A DNA stretch of 64,000 nt, from assembly GCA_001643675.2 (NCBI GenBank), contig LSRY02000015.1:930001-994000 (forward strand), read 5' to 3'. Within the stretch, counting starts at the first letter, position 1; every line of letters starts with the position of its first letter. Shown here in pieces: positions 23,810-37,469 of the stretch. A program made the translations under genes and the position numbers. The notes under the pieces are model-generated. The model saw nothing but the letters and a program-made list of their open reading frames with translations. It was not told the DNA's origin and made no database searches. The stretch comes from Monocercomonoides exilis PA203. Taxonomy: Eukaryota > Protista > Preaxostyla.

Positions 23810-23905
23810 AGAAGAGGAAGAAGAAGAAGAGGAGGAGGAAGAAGAAGATGAAGATGAAGAGGAAGAAGAAGAAGAAGAAGAAGAAGAAGAAGGAGAAGGA
23901 GAAGG
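23674..23905. repeat. (GAA)n trinucleotide tract
   Basis: About 30 uninterrupted AGA units at 23709-23800 inside a longer purine tract. Confidence 0.9.
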
Positions 23906-24105
23906 AGATAAGATGAATGAAAATGAACAAGAGTAAAGGAAAGACGTTAAATCAAATTGAAGGAATTATTTTTCATTATTTTTTTTTTTTAAGGAGGAAA
24001 AAAATAAATAAAAAATTTTCAGATGACTGTTTTCTTTCTCTTTTATGTGATGCAATAAAGAAAATTAAAGATTCAGAATTACAAAATTCAAGTTGTTTCG
24101 TTTTA

Positions 24106-25577
24106 TCAAATATTCACAAAGAAATCAGTTAATATTTTTGATAGTTTAATATAATATTTTCCGTTAAGAAAATTTATAATTTCTAGAAAGCTTGCAATTG
24201 AATCTTCAAATCCCTCTTTTTCCATCTTTTCAAATATCTCCATTTTTGATACCTTTCTAACCGCTTCTTCAATTTTGTGATACTTCTTTTCTTTCAATCT
24301 TTCTGAAATATTCGAAAAGAAATACAGATATTCATATTCAATTCCATCTTGAAAAGTTGATTGTTTCATTTCCTCCAAAACAGCATCAACAGCTCCACCT
24401 TTCAGCAAGCCAACCATTTTCACGCATTCACTTTCCGCCGCTTTTCTTAATGTAAAAATGCATTCCTGGCAAACTTCCAGATAATTGTCCCTTGATGCTC
24501 GAAAAATATCAGCAAGTCTGCAGATGAATCCAGCAAATTTTTCGTTCCGAAATCTGCACGAGTAAAATAAATAATTAAGTGTTTTGAACCATTTCAATAA
24601 AATAAGTGCGTCTTTCGTTTCTTTTCCTCCTTTCCACCCTTCTTTTCTCTTCCAATCAACACATTTCGAGAGTTCTTCCAGTTCTCTTCTTGCTTCTCTC
24701 GCAAAATGTAGTTTATTCACAATAGCAATATCCAAATTCTTATCGAAAAATAATCTTTTGACAAAAAACTCCCAAGCTGATTGATAGGCAAGTTGCGTCA
24801 GATTGTGATGTTCTTGATGATATTTCAAAACCTCCATCATTTCATGAAAGAAAAGTTCTCTTTCAATTCTCTATTCAAAAATTTTCAAAAATTTTAATTT
24901 ATGAAACAAAAACTATTCAATAAACAAACAAGCTAAAATGCGCATACCACCCCGCTCCAAATGTCGCTCAAAGTCAGCAAAACCATTTCCACTTCCTCTT
25001 GAGCTTCCTCGTTTCCCTCTTTCTTCAAAGCAACTTTCAGAAGACAAGGAACACAAATTGAAAGCAAATCAGATGAGAAGAAGCTACTTAGCAAAAGATA
25101 GCATTTGCAAAGATCAGCGAGAAGCTTTTCATTCTTTTCTTCCTTCTTCTTCTCATTTTCATCAGCAATCATCTTCTCAAATTTTCTGTTTAATGAAGAT
25201 TTCACAAAGCTATAAATATATATGTTTTTCAATATTTTGATATGTCCAATGCACTTCAGCAGCAAAATTGAATTATTCATCGACATTTTCTTTTCTTCAA
25301 TCAATTTGTTCATTTTATCAAACAGTTCGGTTGTGAAAACAGTTTTGAATTCTTTTTCATTCATTTCAACTATCATTGCATTCATTACTTCAATATTCAG
25401 TTTTTGTTTTGTTTCATCATACTGCTCAAACTCGGAAAACAATTCTTCAAAAATCATTGATAAATAAAGGAATCGAGCTTTTAAGGAAACAATCAAATTA
25501 GACAAACCAGAAACTTTTTCTTCCAAAGACATATCTCGCTTCCTGCAAACAGATTTATAACCACAAGAAGCTTTCAT
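24106..25577 (-). CDS. Member of the Monocercomonoides-type expanded hypothetical protein family (possibly a pseudogene)
   Basis: Family motifs recognised from memory: ICVPCLLKVALKKE..EEAQEEVEMVLLTLS, KYHQEHHNLTQLAYQSAW, HFAREARRELEELSKCVDWKRK, KMEKEGFEDSIASF. Two ORFs are separated by an intron-like gap at ~24850-24945. Confidence 0.75.
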
Positions 25578-26018
25578 CCGATTTGTTGTTGATATTACTC
25601 TATTTGTTCAAAAATTGTTCTTTGCTTGAAGAAATAAAAGATAAACATACACACATTTGATTTTCTTATACAGAAAAAAAGATTACAACAAACTCAAATA
25701 GTTTTTGCTTCGGAAAAACAGGAGTGCAAAAGAATGGGTAATGAAAATCCAACTGTCGATTGTATTAGCACAGAATGAAATCTTTCTGTTTGTTTTTGAT
25801 CCAACCAATAGATAATCTGAAGAATTCAGTTTTTTTTTTTTTTTTTCTTTTTCTTTTTTTTTTTTAAATCTTTATTTTAGACCTATGCGACAAGTGACAG
25901 TAAGAGTGGACTCAACTGACACCCTGGAATTGACATATATAATCATTTTTCCAACATATTAAATGATTAATACTAAAAATATTCTAATTTTTTTTGAGAA
26001 AAATAGCTGTTTACAAAT

Positions 26019-29000
26019 TAAGCCTGGGTTACGGATCGAAAAATCGATGCTTACGTCAGTCAGCAGAATTTTTTCGCGTCAGAATGTTTTTTTTTTTTTT
26101 TTTTTAAATCTTTATTCAAAAAGGCTTTCAAACATGGATATCTTTTCATTGAATTTGTTCAGCTATTTTTTTCTATGATGAATGACTTTGTTATTGGTTC
26201 AGTTTCAAAAAAATGAACCATTATTCTTATTATATTTATTCTGAGAAATGTTTTTTTCTTTTCAACTATAAGCTTTCAATAAAGGAAAGTTTTTAGGTTT
26301 GCATTATTAAAAACTTGCCTATTGATAGGTTTTATGTTTTTTCAGGATAGGAGATGAAAATGAATGAAAGTTTGATATCTCGTTATGCAGGCCGACCATG
26401 GAGTTGGGAAAGCGAATTCATATGGAAAGTGCCCAGGGTGAAGGGATTGGGAAGGGAATTGGAGATGATATTTTCGGACGAAAAACAATGATATTTTTCA
26501 ATGAGAAAGATGAAATTTGAGCAGAATGCATAAATCTCACATTTTTCAGAAGAGCAAGATATCGATGCACTTGATGGAGAAATGACATATGGAAAGGATG
26601 GTTGGGGAATCAGATGATGAAACACATGAAAAAGGAAGGAATAATGAAATTGATAAAGAAAACAGGTTCCAACGGAATAAAATATAGACATTGGCTTAAA
26701 AATATGTTAAGAAGGTTTGTTGTTGTTATTTATTTTGAAGTAATTATTATTTTGTTTTTAGAATGCTGAAAGAGCGAAGGATAAGATGATTTTGAAGAAG
26801 AAAAAGAAGAAAAGCAGGGAAGGAAAAATACAGACAGACAGATGAAATTCAAGATATTTCGAAGATGCCTGGCGTTAGGCTTTGACAAAGAATTATTTTT
26901 GAGGAAAGATGATTTGAGTGAAAGAAGAAAAGCGAAAAAGGAAGAGATGGAATGAAAAAGGAATTGCTCAATATTTCCTATTTTTAGATGAAAAGAGAGA
27001 TAGAGATTGAGCTGAAAGTGAAAAAGGATTCAGATGTTTCTCCTCTGCAGAAGAAGGCAAAATTCAGAAGAAGAGAATTTCAATGAATTTCTCCGTTGAT
27101 ATTTATTGAATCTCATCTCTCATTTTTCAACAATTAATCATCTCATTCAATTCGTTCATCATTATATTCTTCTTCTTCTTCTTCTTCTTCTTCAAATATA
27201 TCAACAACATTTCACACAGCTTCTTCTTCATTATCATCATTCACATCATCTGATTGGATTTCTTCATGATTTGTTTCATCTTCAGAGATAAAAAGAGAAA
27301 GAAAAAAAAAAACTGATCAATTATACAACCAAAGGAAATATTCAAAAATTAATGAGAAGAAGAATGAAAGAAGAGGCGAAAGAGAAAGAGAATGAGAATG
27401 AAGAGACAATTTTGAAGGGGATTCAGAAAGGAAATAGAATTGAGAAAATGGAAGAGATTTTTTGAATGAAAGGAAGAAAATATTTGAATATGAAGTTTGA
27501 CTTGGAAGTCGAATTTGAGTAAAAATTAAAGAAAACAAGAGAGATAATAAGAAAGTGAGATTATTAATTTGTTCAAAAGAGAGATAAAAAAACTGCAAAT
27601 AAAAGAATAATTATTAATATTTATTCTTTTGAAGTTGATTTTTTTCATTTCTTCCTAATCAAGTCTTGTCAATACAACATTACAAGTTTTGAAATGGAAA
27701 TCTTTGATGTTTTGAAAGATTTTCAATATGAAAAAACAATAATGTTCTTTTTATTATTATTTTTTTTTATAAAAAAATGAGATGAAAATTTGTTATGAGA
27801 CATTAACAAGGAATTAAAGATAACTGTCAAATAAAACATCAATTGTTTTGAAAAGCACAATGGAACAATTGTTATTCTGTTTCGAATAAAATATTAAAAA
27901 AGATCTTGAAAATTTTGTGTTTATTCAACAATGGGAATGCTTATTATATCTTCTCTTGTTGTCACAAAATTTCCTTTTTATTAAACTGTTCTTTTTGCAG
28001 GTTCATTCACTTCAAGATTACTAAACTTCTGCCCTTGTATCATTTGATTTCATCTCTATTAACCTTGGTCTGTTTTGTAATAGACTATAATCCAAATTTG
28101 AACCTTCTCTCAATTTCTTTTTATCTGTTTTTTCCCCTCCTCCTTTTATCTCTATGGAATCGTGTTCATCTGAGCAAATCATTTCTTCGAAATAAATTTC
28201 TCACATTCTTCGTTCTTCTCCTTTAAACCTTATTGGTTCACGTTCAATGTAACATACAGATCTTAACTTGTCAGTTCATCTTTTTCAGTCAAAACAAAGC
28301 AGTTTGCAAGGCAATCCAAGATGATTAATTTCATTTTACAAACCTCACAACACCAGCAATAAGATGTTCTTAAAATTGCATTTGATTTTGGCAACTTTCT
28401 TTTTTTTATCAAATTCAATGTTTAGCTCCCAAAATCAACATTGATAACTTCTTATGAAACATATACAAGGCTCTGGTTTGTAAAATGGCTGTCCTATCCA
28501 ATGTTTGTGCACTGCCTAAGCCCAATTCTTTTCTGCTCTTGAAATTTCTCATTGAAAGCCATCAGATGGAGAAGAACTGTGCACTTCAGGTTCCACAGAA
28601 TGCTGTTTGTCTGCATCGGCTTCAGTATCAGCCTCATCCTTTGCAACTGCTTTCACAAACCTCTGACGAATCATTCCAAGCGCCTCCACAACCAGCGGTG
28701 ATATCGCTTCAACCTGCTTTCCCTGATTCTCTTTGATTCTCTCCACAAACTCTCTGTACGCTGTAGGATAGTCGCCTTTCACTCCATTTCCTCCTTTTTC
28801 CTCGATTTCTTCTCGCTCTTTTCCTCCCTTTTCTCCTTCCTCTCCCTCTTCGCGCTCCTCCAGCGCATCCAGCGCAATCAAAGCAGTGAAATTTTATTGC
28901 GTAATCCAACATTGGCCATGTCCCATTATTCGCAATTTATGCAATTTATTCTGCACTTCACAATGTAAGCACTTCGCATTTCGCTTCTTTGAGTTGTTTT

Positions 29001-31017
29001 TTCGACTTGGAGTGTTGACTTGAGAGATAGCAAGGCTTGCAGAAAAATCTTCGTTGTAAACGGAGACTGAGAAAATTGATAAGATGATCAACAGGAGTAC
29101 GTTTATATTTTCCGCAATGAAGATCAAAAAACAACTGACTTTTCCTCCTCCAGTGCTTTTATCAATAAAAGCGAACAAAATTGCAAAACTCAAAATGCTC
29201 GCAGAGTAATTGCAAATATTCTTCAAAGATCTTTCTCGATGAATAATATGCTACCTTGTAGTTATAGCTCATCATGTTGCAGACACGTCGGAAGGGCTGA
29301 TTTCTCGAGTAAACATCAAAGATAACAATGACTGCTCATCTCCTTCTGCCTCTTCTGTATTCTTCTCTTCTCTTCTTTGCATTGAGAATGAAGAAGAAGA
29401 GATATATATCGTTTCGGTGAAAGAAGATAAGTATATGAAAAAGATGAAGACATACCTCAAAGATAAAATAACTGTATTGTACCAGAAACAAAAAGCATCA
29501 ATAAAAACACCTCGTCGCATTTGTCCATATAATCATTGTCAATTAAAAAAATAGTAAAAACATTCGGAACCAAAGGGTCAATCAGTTGCTGCAGTTCATC
29601 GTTTTAAAAAGATGAATAACGATAAAAATCAAGTCTATCTGTGGATGAATGAAAAAGTTAGAAGAAAGTTCAGGAAGGAAAAGATGAAGAAGATAGAAAT
29701 AATGGATTGATAGTGAAATACATAAATGATGATGCTAAGAAGAGAAAAGGAGAAGAGGAGGAGGAAGAAGAAGAAGAAGAAGAAACGATCTATTGAGGAT
29801 TTGATTGTAACGTGGTAAAAAAGACTGTTTCTCGAAGTTGAAATAAATCGATATATCTTGAATTGAAATTGCAAATTTAATTGTTTTTGAACAATTAGAA
29901 CTTGACAGATAGGCTATATAAAATAGAATATTTTATCTATTGCAATTTTTGATGCTCTCAACCTTCTTATGATAGATATGAAAAAAATATGAATAATAAC
30001 TTGAAGAATGAGGATTTGCGCAAACACGAAAAAAATATGCTCCATTATAAAGATAAGTTATTGACACATTTTGATCGATAAGTGTTGATATTTTGTTATT
30101 TTCCTTCTTCATCGATTAATTGTACATAAGAAAATCTTCAATGGAGTGCTTTCTTCCTGTTCTAAAAAAAAAACGGAATTATTGTTAACTTGTTTTTTCT
30201 TTATTCCTTTCAGCTTAACAAATAATGCGAATATGAAAAAATAAAAGAGAAGATAATCAAAGAAGAAACAAACTTGTTGAATTGCATTTCAACGATCACA
30301 CGTTCAAGAATATCTTTTTCTCTCATGATAATATTTTCCATCGAAATAACTCTTTAAGAGTTAACAAAGATTTGAGTTGAAGTTATAAGCGCAAGACAAA
30401 GCCCAGAACAGACTGTTTGCAGATCTTCATATGAAGAAAAAGCGTAAAAAAAATTTTCTGCATCTTCTTCTACAACTTCTGAAAAGATGTTTTTCAAAAC
30501 AAATCTGAAACATATTTTAAGTTTTCACATTTTTCAAGATAAACAAATAAGCAATGAACTTTTTTTCGTTAAATATAACTTTTTCCGAATGCATCAGCCC
30601 TGAAATATGTCATTTGAAATTAATCAGAATTAAAAAAAGAAGATCAAACGATGAAGATATCAATTAGGCTGTTTTCCGATTCTTCTTTAATTTACATTTG
30701 TTCTTCACCCATTGAATACTTTTCTGTGACACTGCCAGTCACTGACTCCATGGGACGTTTTTTGATCAAATTTTTCCACGTTCGTCAGTTCCGTCAGTTC
30801 CCCATAATTAAAAAATCGATTAAAAAGTTTTCGAAAACTATGATCAATCGTTTTTTTTGAAAAAATAATTAATTAGAATTAACAAGCATATTGAAAATAT
30901 TCTATTATTAAAAATACAACAAATATCGCATATAATATTTCTGACGGGATTTTTTCCCCTCGCGTCAGTCAAATTTATCTATTTAACAAGTCAAAGTCAG
31001 TCAGTCACCCAGGCTTA
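26019..31017. mobile_element. Non-autonomous hAT-type element (4999 bp) enclosing decayed gene fragments
   Basis: TIR TAAGCCTGGGT at both ends and a perfect 8-bp TSD TTACAAAT (26011-26018, 31018-31025). CGTCAG/TCAGTC motifs cluster near both ends. No transposase motif is visible inside. Confidence 0.75.
28549..29520 (-). pseudogene. Decayed host-like gene fragment inside the hAT-type element
   Basis: Broken ORFs 29272-29520, 28894-29226 and 28549-28881 are GC-richer than their flanks and have Glu/Lys-rich coding texture. No family recognised. Confidence 0.45.
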
Positions 31018-31121
31018 TTACAAATATTTTAAATCATCTCTTTCTTATTATTAATTTACAAAAAAATCGGATTTTCTAGGAAAACCCTAACTTTTTAACC
31101 TTTTCTCTCCCATGGCAAATA

Positions 31122-31776
31122 CAGATATCGCATCAAATACCGGACATCGCACATAATACCGGACAAGATCGATATCTCAATAACCGCAAGAAGAAAAATT
31201 CCGACAAATTTCCTCAAAAAATATCTCATCAACACAAACTCATTTGATATACAAGACTTTTTTTATAGCCTCTTTTGTTTTCAGAATTAATTATTTTTGA
31301 ATTTTCGGAGAAATAGGATTTTGAGTTTTCCCGAAATTTCGATATTAATTTTTTCTGAGCACAAATGAAGCTGTCCTGAAAGTCTTGTGTATCAAATGAG
31401 TTTGTATTAATGAGATACATTTTTAGGAAAATGGCCAGAATTATTCCTTTTGCGGTTATTGAGAAATCAATCTTGTCCGGTATTTTGTGTGATGTCCGGT
31501 ATTTGATGCGATATATGGGTCATTATTTTTGAAATCATATCTTTTTTCGGGGAATTGATTTTTTAAAGATTGTTTGTCATTGGGAAGTGCTTTTGTGTTC
31601 AGATGATAAAATTATCACAACTATTTTATTAACAAATGTTATTTCCAAATCAAAAATAAAAATGTCTTCAATAAGCCTTTTAACAATTCAAAGTTCATTG
31701 GTTAATATTCAAGAGAAATTTTTGGACCGAAATTTTTGAATGAAAAAATATGCTTTCGAAAATAATCACCCATATG
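31122..31776. mobile_element. Fold-back CAG-MITE copy 2, right TIR interrupted by a TGGG-MITE
   Basis: Same arms as 18435-18831, with TA|CAG at the left end. Removing 31516-31772 and one TA restores GCGATATATG|TA, versus GCGATATCTG|TA in copy 1. Confidence 0.7.
31516..31772. mobile_element. TGGG...CCCA MITE type I (257 bp), TA TSD
   Basis: TGGGTCATTATTTTTGAAATCATA...AAAATAATCACCCA flanked by TA/TA. Confidence 0.75.
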
Positions 31777-32285
31777 TAAAATGCGAAAACAACTAGTCAT
31801 ATAACACTAAAAAATCTTCAATTCAGAGCTTGTTTGAGAAAAGAAATAACATGAATTTAAATATAATGGGCGTGATCAAAATAGTTGTCGATTGATTTCA
31901 CTTTAACTCAAGTGACAAATTTTACCACCTAGTGACACATGTGACCGACTTGTTCACAATTGTCTTTTGATCACAAATAATTTTTTAGGAAATCCAATTT
32001 TATTTTCCTCATTTTTTCTAAATTTGGGGCAAAATATTTAACTTCAGGCATTTTCATTGGAAAATTTTACATTTTTGATCAACATTTTGTGAATAGAAAT
32101 TATAAACAAAATGTGTTCGTTTTTATTCAAACGGATGAGGTCACAAAATATAATGTTATAATGTCAATTGCGTTAGTATACAAATCAGAAAATCGAATTT
32201 TCTTTGAAATCTGAGTTCGTTTTGTGAAGTTCTGAGTTGAATAAAAATGAAATGCTTCGTGTAAATAAGCTTGAAATCTTGTATT

Positions 32286-32528
32286 TGGGCGATTATTTTT
32301 GAAATCATATTTTTTCATTCAAAAATTTCCCTAAAATATAAATTTGTGATCACTGAAAAGTGAAAAGACTGATAAAAGACATCTTCATCTTTATTTCTGG
32401 ATTTTCATTAGTTTTTTAAGCAGTTGTGATGAGTTTAACGTTTGAATACAGAATCTCTTACGAACAACAAACAAACTTTAATAAAACAACATCCCGAAAA
32501 AAGTTATGATTTCAAAAATAATGACCCA
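32286..32528. mobile_element. TGGG...CCCA MITE type I, TT flanks
   Basis: Same termini and interior as 31516-31772, in the opposite orientation. Confidence 0.7.
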
Positions 32529-33360
32529 TTTTCCCCCATTTTTTGGAATAATGTTCATCATTAATGATAAAGTTGTTTTGAAAAAGAAAAGATCATATTT
32601 GGAATTTAAATAATATAGAATAAAGATATGAGAACAAAGTCAATTATGGTTTTGTGACAAGATCAGTGAAACTTGGAATAAAATAAGCCACTGGAAGTCA
32701 CTGCTTTCGCTGACTTGACATATTGTCACTGATTTGAAGTTGGTGGAAAAATATGCAGATCAACCAAATGACTGATTTATCTCCAGAATTATCAATAATT
32801 TCATTTCGTTGTGTAAATAATCCATTATTTTTTTTTCAATTTTAATCATCCGTTTATTTCAAATGAAAAAAAGAAATACACTTTAAAAAAGCAATCTCAG
32901 ATTAATAATTAAAAGACCGCATCATTTGATGTTTGAAGGAAATTTCTTCGGTTTGTTCTTATCAAATTTTAAATTATTTTTGTTTATTTTATTCATTATG
33001 TCACCAAAGAAAATCATTTATTGAAACCTCGAGATTTTTGTATTTAATATTCAAGAATAACATTCCATGCTTTAATCGTATCATTACTGAAGTTCAACGA
33101 AGTTGATTGCGCAAATGTCAAGTTTCAAAAGATAAGACCAAAGTTCACAACTTGTTTTGTGAAAAAGTGGTTTTGCATTTCACGCTTGTCGAAGAAAATG
33201 CAACGGATTTGTCGAATTCATTTCATTAATTGAACAGGAATTGCAGAATTTCTATTGTTCGAATGAAGAACATCCACATGATTAAAATACAATGAAACTT
33301 TTTTTGTGTTCACCTGAGATGTGCAGTTTTTCATTATTGTGACGACTTGAAGATCCGGGT

Positions 33361-33411
<51 letters not shown>

Positions 33412-33511
33412 ATATCATAAAAAATAACGAAGTTTAATCATAAAAAATTTTCTTAAAGGGTGAGGTTGAAAAGATTTATTTTATTTGAAATTGCAAGAAA
33501 ATACAGATCAA

Positions 33512-36500
33512 TGGATGAAATGCGAATAAAAAGTTTTTATTCGAATGATCTGACTTTATTCGAATAAACCCCCTTATAATTGAATGAGAGGCTGTTTATT
33601 CAAATAAACTGCTGTTTTCTCGAATCAACCATGAAAGATTCGAATTAAAAACAAAAGGATGATATAATGGAAATATTGCACATGTTTTTGATGTTTTTCT
33701 TGTGTTATTCTCTGTTCATAAATTATTAAAAATATATGATCAAACATTTTTTTCATTAAAAATCAAAGAAAAACTTTTTTATGAAGATTTACAATGAAAT
33801 TTTTCATGATTCATAAATAAACTTGTATTATTTTTCACATGTTTAAGAGGTTTTTTGTGGAATTATCATTTTTGACAACTTTGATCATAACGTAAGTTGG
33901 AAATATTTCAAGAAAATGTAGATTTCTTCTTCTTCATGCATTGGAACGATAATTTCAAATAGAAAATGGAATGCACCAAAATGACTGATAATGTATATTT
34001 ATATAACCTTCTTTATTTTGCACTCATCTTGTTTCACAATCTTTATTTTTTGATACTGATTTTTAGAAATTATTATCCTTTATTTTTCGATTATGATAGT
34101 TATTTAACAAAAAAGCCGTTTGCATTTTTGCATGCTCGTCCAATTGCTGGCTGGTGAGCAATGATATTTCTTTTTTGTTTTCAACGTTTGCATGAAAAAA
34201 AAATCAAAAAGAATTTATAAAAATTACACATTCCTTAAACATTTTTGCAATTCAACGAAAATAATCGTTTGAAAACTTCTTTCGTGAAAATATGAACATG
34301 TTTATTGTTTATTTGCTTTGATTCATTTTTTTTACATTGCGAAAATATCCTTCATATTCTTTCACCATTGCTTTTGATTTTTGCAGACTTAGAATCACAT
34401 TTTATTTTTCTGTCGACTTTATATTCCGATACACCCAGCCACTCATTCTCGTTCCAGTGAAATTCATCCACCGGATCAGTGCAGAGAAGTAATATTTTTC
34501 CTATTATTAGCTGCTCAAATAATTATTCACAGAACCGCCATTTTCTGCACTGCTCGACACACACCCCTCCACATTTGTCTTGTTCACAACAACTTCCACC
34601 CCACCTTCTTCCCTGCTTTTAACAACTGACGACTTGTTCGCTGTTTGCAAAATACCTACCTATGCCGATCTGAAGATGGTTATTGATGAAGGGTGATTGG
34701 GAGAGCTGTTAGTACTGCTTGCTGCTTCGACAATGGAGCATTTGGACAGGCTGCATGACGAAATTCGATGGAATCGAATGTGCTCGAAGATCCCTCATAC
34801 AGCAGTAACATCGACCACATGAGATCGGTATTTGTTAACTCAAACAGCGTTCAGATTAAATTTCACCATTCCACAACAGCAAAGAAATAAGCACCCAGCT
34901 CGGCGACATTTGTGTGTGGCTCAAAAGCAAACTTGTCCAGAACCAATGAACTCTGATTGCTGAGAATGATTGCGCTAACTTCGTAAATGTACCCATCTGA
35001 TAATTGGATGGAGATCCCTGAAAGAAGGAAGCTCCAACTGCTCAGAAGGAATGGATCGGATCCCTGGCTGTCTTCCTGGAACAGCATCACTGACTGCGCT
35101 GCTTCCTCGCTGGGCAACGACTGGCAGGTGAAGTTCGACAAGTCTGCCGGAAAGATGAAGTGTGCTGGGTAGCTAATGCAGATCGTTTTGTGTTCACCCG
35201 ATGCATCCATGCGCTCAAAGCCAGTCACAAAGGATCTGCAGGAATCGATCGGTGATCCGCACCGAGCAATGTCAAATCCGTAATCAGACAGGTGGATCTC
35301 GCTGGATGTGAATGGAACAAAAAAGCGCAACAGATCAGTATCGATTAATGTTTGGTCACTCATCACAAACGCATTCGGATCGTAGACAAACAATTCATTC
35401 TGAAAGTGGAAAGAGGATGGTGTTGCACTCGTACTGATGTTGAAGCAGTCCTCATATATGAATATGCCTTTTGCAGCATCGTTATTCGCAAAGGTAACTG
35501 ACTCAAAAAGGAATGGCTGCATAGCTGGATCTGCTTCTGTGCTCTTCACATACTGAGCATTTCTTCTGTCTGTTTTCTCGTTTCACTATCCATTGTTGAA
35601 CTCGCACCCAGCAGCCTTAGATGGCGGTTGCTCGAAGGAATCACTTTTATCATCCCACTTTCATCGCATCACAAGGCATGGCTTTCTTGAAATACGCTTG
35701 TGTTCATCTCCACAGATCTTCAGATGCGCAGGAGAGATAATGAGGGAGCAAAAGCATTGATATGCACTCTTCCGTCTGTACGCTACCCACTCAGACAAGA
35801 ACAAGAATACCTTCAATCTGAGGAGTGCCAGCTGGAGCAAACGAGCAGTTGCCGAACAGAAGCTGGCCTTGAGGCGTGGAGGAGGAGATGAGCTCGGAGT
35901 GGCGAAGAAAGGCTCCTCCAGCAACAGAAAAATCGAGGCGGTTAAAACTCAGCCTGCCTGTGCTGAGAACAACACAACTGCGGGTGCTGTCCAGAATGGC
36001 TGATGCAAATGTCATTGTTGCCTTTTCAGTACTGCTGCTGGAGGCGACTGTGCAGGATATCAGGACAAACTCGTTTTGAATGAGTGCATAAACCCTGATG
36101 GAATGCGTATAGTTGCTTGAGCCTGGATTGATGTTCAGCATGCCTCTCCAGAACGATGCACAAAGATATGTGCCAGAACGGCACATCAGGATATCTAAGC
36201 CGTTTGGAGAGATGCAGGAGCTGGAGAACATGTCATTTCACATTCCATTTATAGCTGAATAGCATTAGAAAAAATGAGAAAAATCTCATTTGGTTGCATT
36301 TATCAGAGTTTTCCCAGCTATTCTTCAGAATTCAACACCTCCGTTTTAATGACACTAACCAAATGTTCATTTTTTTTTTAAAATAATAATTTTTCACTCA
36401 AAAAATTCTTTTAAACTTATGTTCACAAACGTGCATTTGAACACATATTAAAGCCAGTTATTCGTCATATGTTTCGTTCTATCAATAGGGAATATTTCTT

Positions 36501-36855
36501 TTTGGAAAACTATTCTTTAATTTTTTTACTATTTTTAAAAGGAGCTAACATATTTTTCTTTTCCGATTTTTCTAATTTTTTTAAAGTGAATACGCAAAAT
36601 GAAATGTCAAATGAATCAAAATTGTAATAATAATATTCAATTCTCATTTTAGAACATCTTTGAAATATCAAAATGTTTTGTATTTTTTTGCTTTTTGATC
36701 GAAAAATCCCATAATAATATATAACTCAAATAAAGGGCTCAGTTCTCAAATAAACATGGTTTATTCGAATAAACAGCCTGTATTTGAAATAAAGGCTATT
36801 TATTCGAATAAACTATCTTTATTCAAATAAAAATGTCTTATTCGAATTTCATCCA
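33512..36855. mobile_element. TIR element (3.3 kb) enclosing a surface-protein gene fragment
   Basis: About 110-bp diverged inverted repeats (TGGATGAAAT... / ...ATTTCATCCA) built from repeated palindromic TTTATTCGAATAAA motifs. No clear TSD. Confidence 0.6.
34440..36240 (-). pseudogene. Internal fragment of a large beta-helix/pectin-lyase-like surface protein family gene
   Basis: ORFs 35791-36231 and 34863-35549 are separated by stops and frameshifts. Repeated G-x-D-x3-C-G-x4-C-x-S motifs (GLDILMCRSGTYLCASF; GFDIARCGSPIDSCRSF). No signal peptide or TM end is present. GC is higher than in the flanks. Confidence 0.55.
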
Positions 36856-37469
36856 ATATATTATTATTATTAATTATTTGTTGATTTTAATTTGTTTCCA
36901 ATTGTTTTTATTTCTTATTTTGAAAAAAACATAAAAAATTATCTGAAAATATCGATAATTCAATAATAGAATAAAACAAAAGTTCACTGGTTTGGAAAAC
37001 ATAAAAACAATAATAACAATATTTTATCAATAAATTTTTTATATAAATATAAGTTTTATGATGTTATTGCAAAAAAATTTTTTAATTGATAAAGAAGATC
37101 TCAAAACATTTGTTAAATTTTATCAATTCACATTAACACTTACGCAAAAATATAATAGTAACATAAGACACTCATCAAGTGATCAACTGTTTGTTGATAA
37201 ATTTGTTTGAAAACAAATAATCTTAGAAATATTTAATTGTTATCAAAATATCAAACAAAGTTTAAGATAAATAAAGAAAATATAAGAAAATGTGAAGAAA
37301 TTCGTTAATTTTTGCATTTTATTTTTTTATTAGCTTTTATCGCACGAAAATCATTATTTGATACCTCCCTTTGCTTATTTTCTGATTCTCTCTATCTCCT
37401 TCTTATTAATTATCCATCCATCCAGATATCTGCCTCCTCAAATGATCTGTTTTTGTCTTCCTGTTCGTT

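Noticed and set aside
26380-26620. DIRS-type RNase H remnant in the hAT cargo
   Set aside because: Only a vague resemblance (SD...; H...DALD), with no diagnostic motif series.
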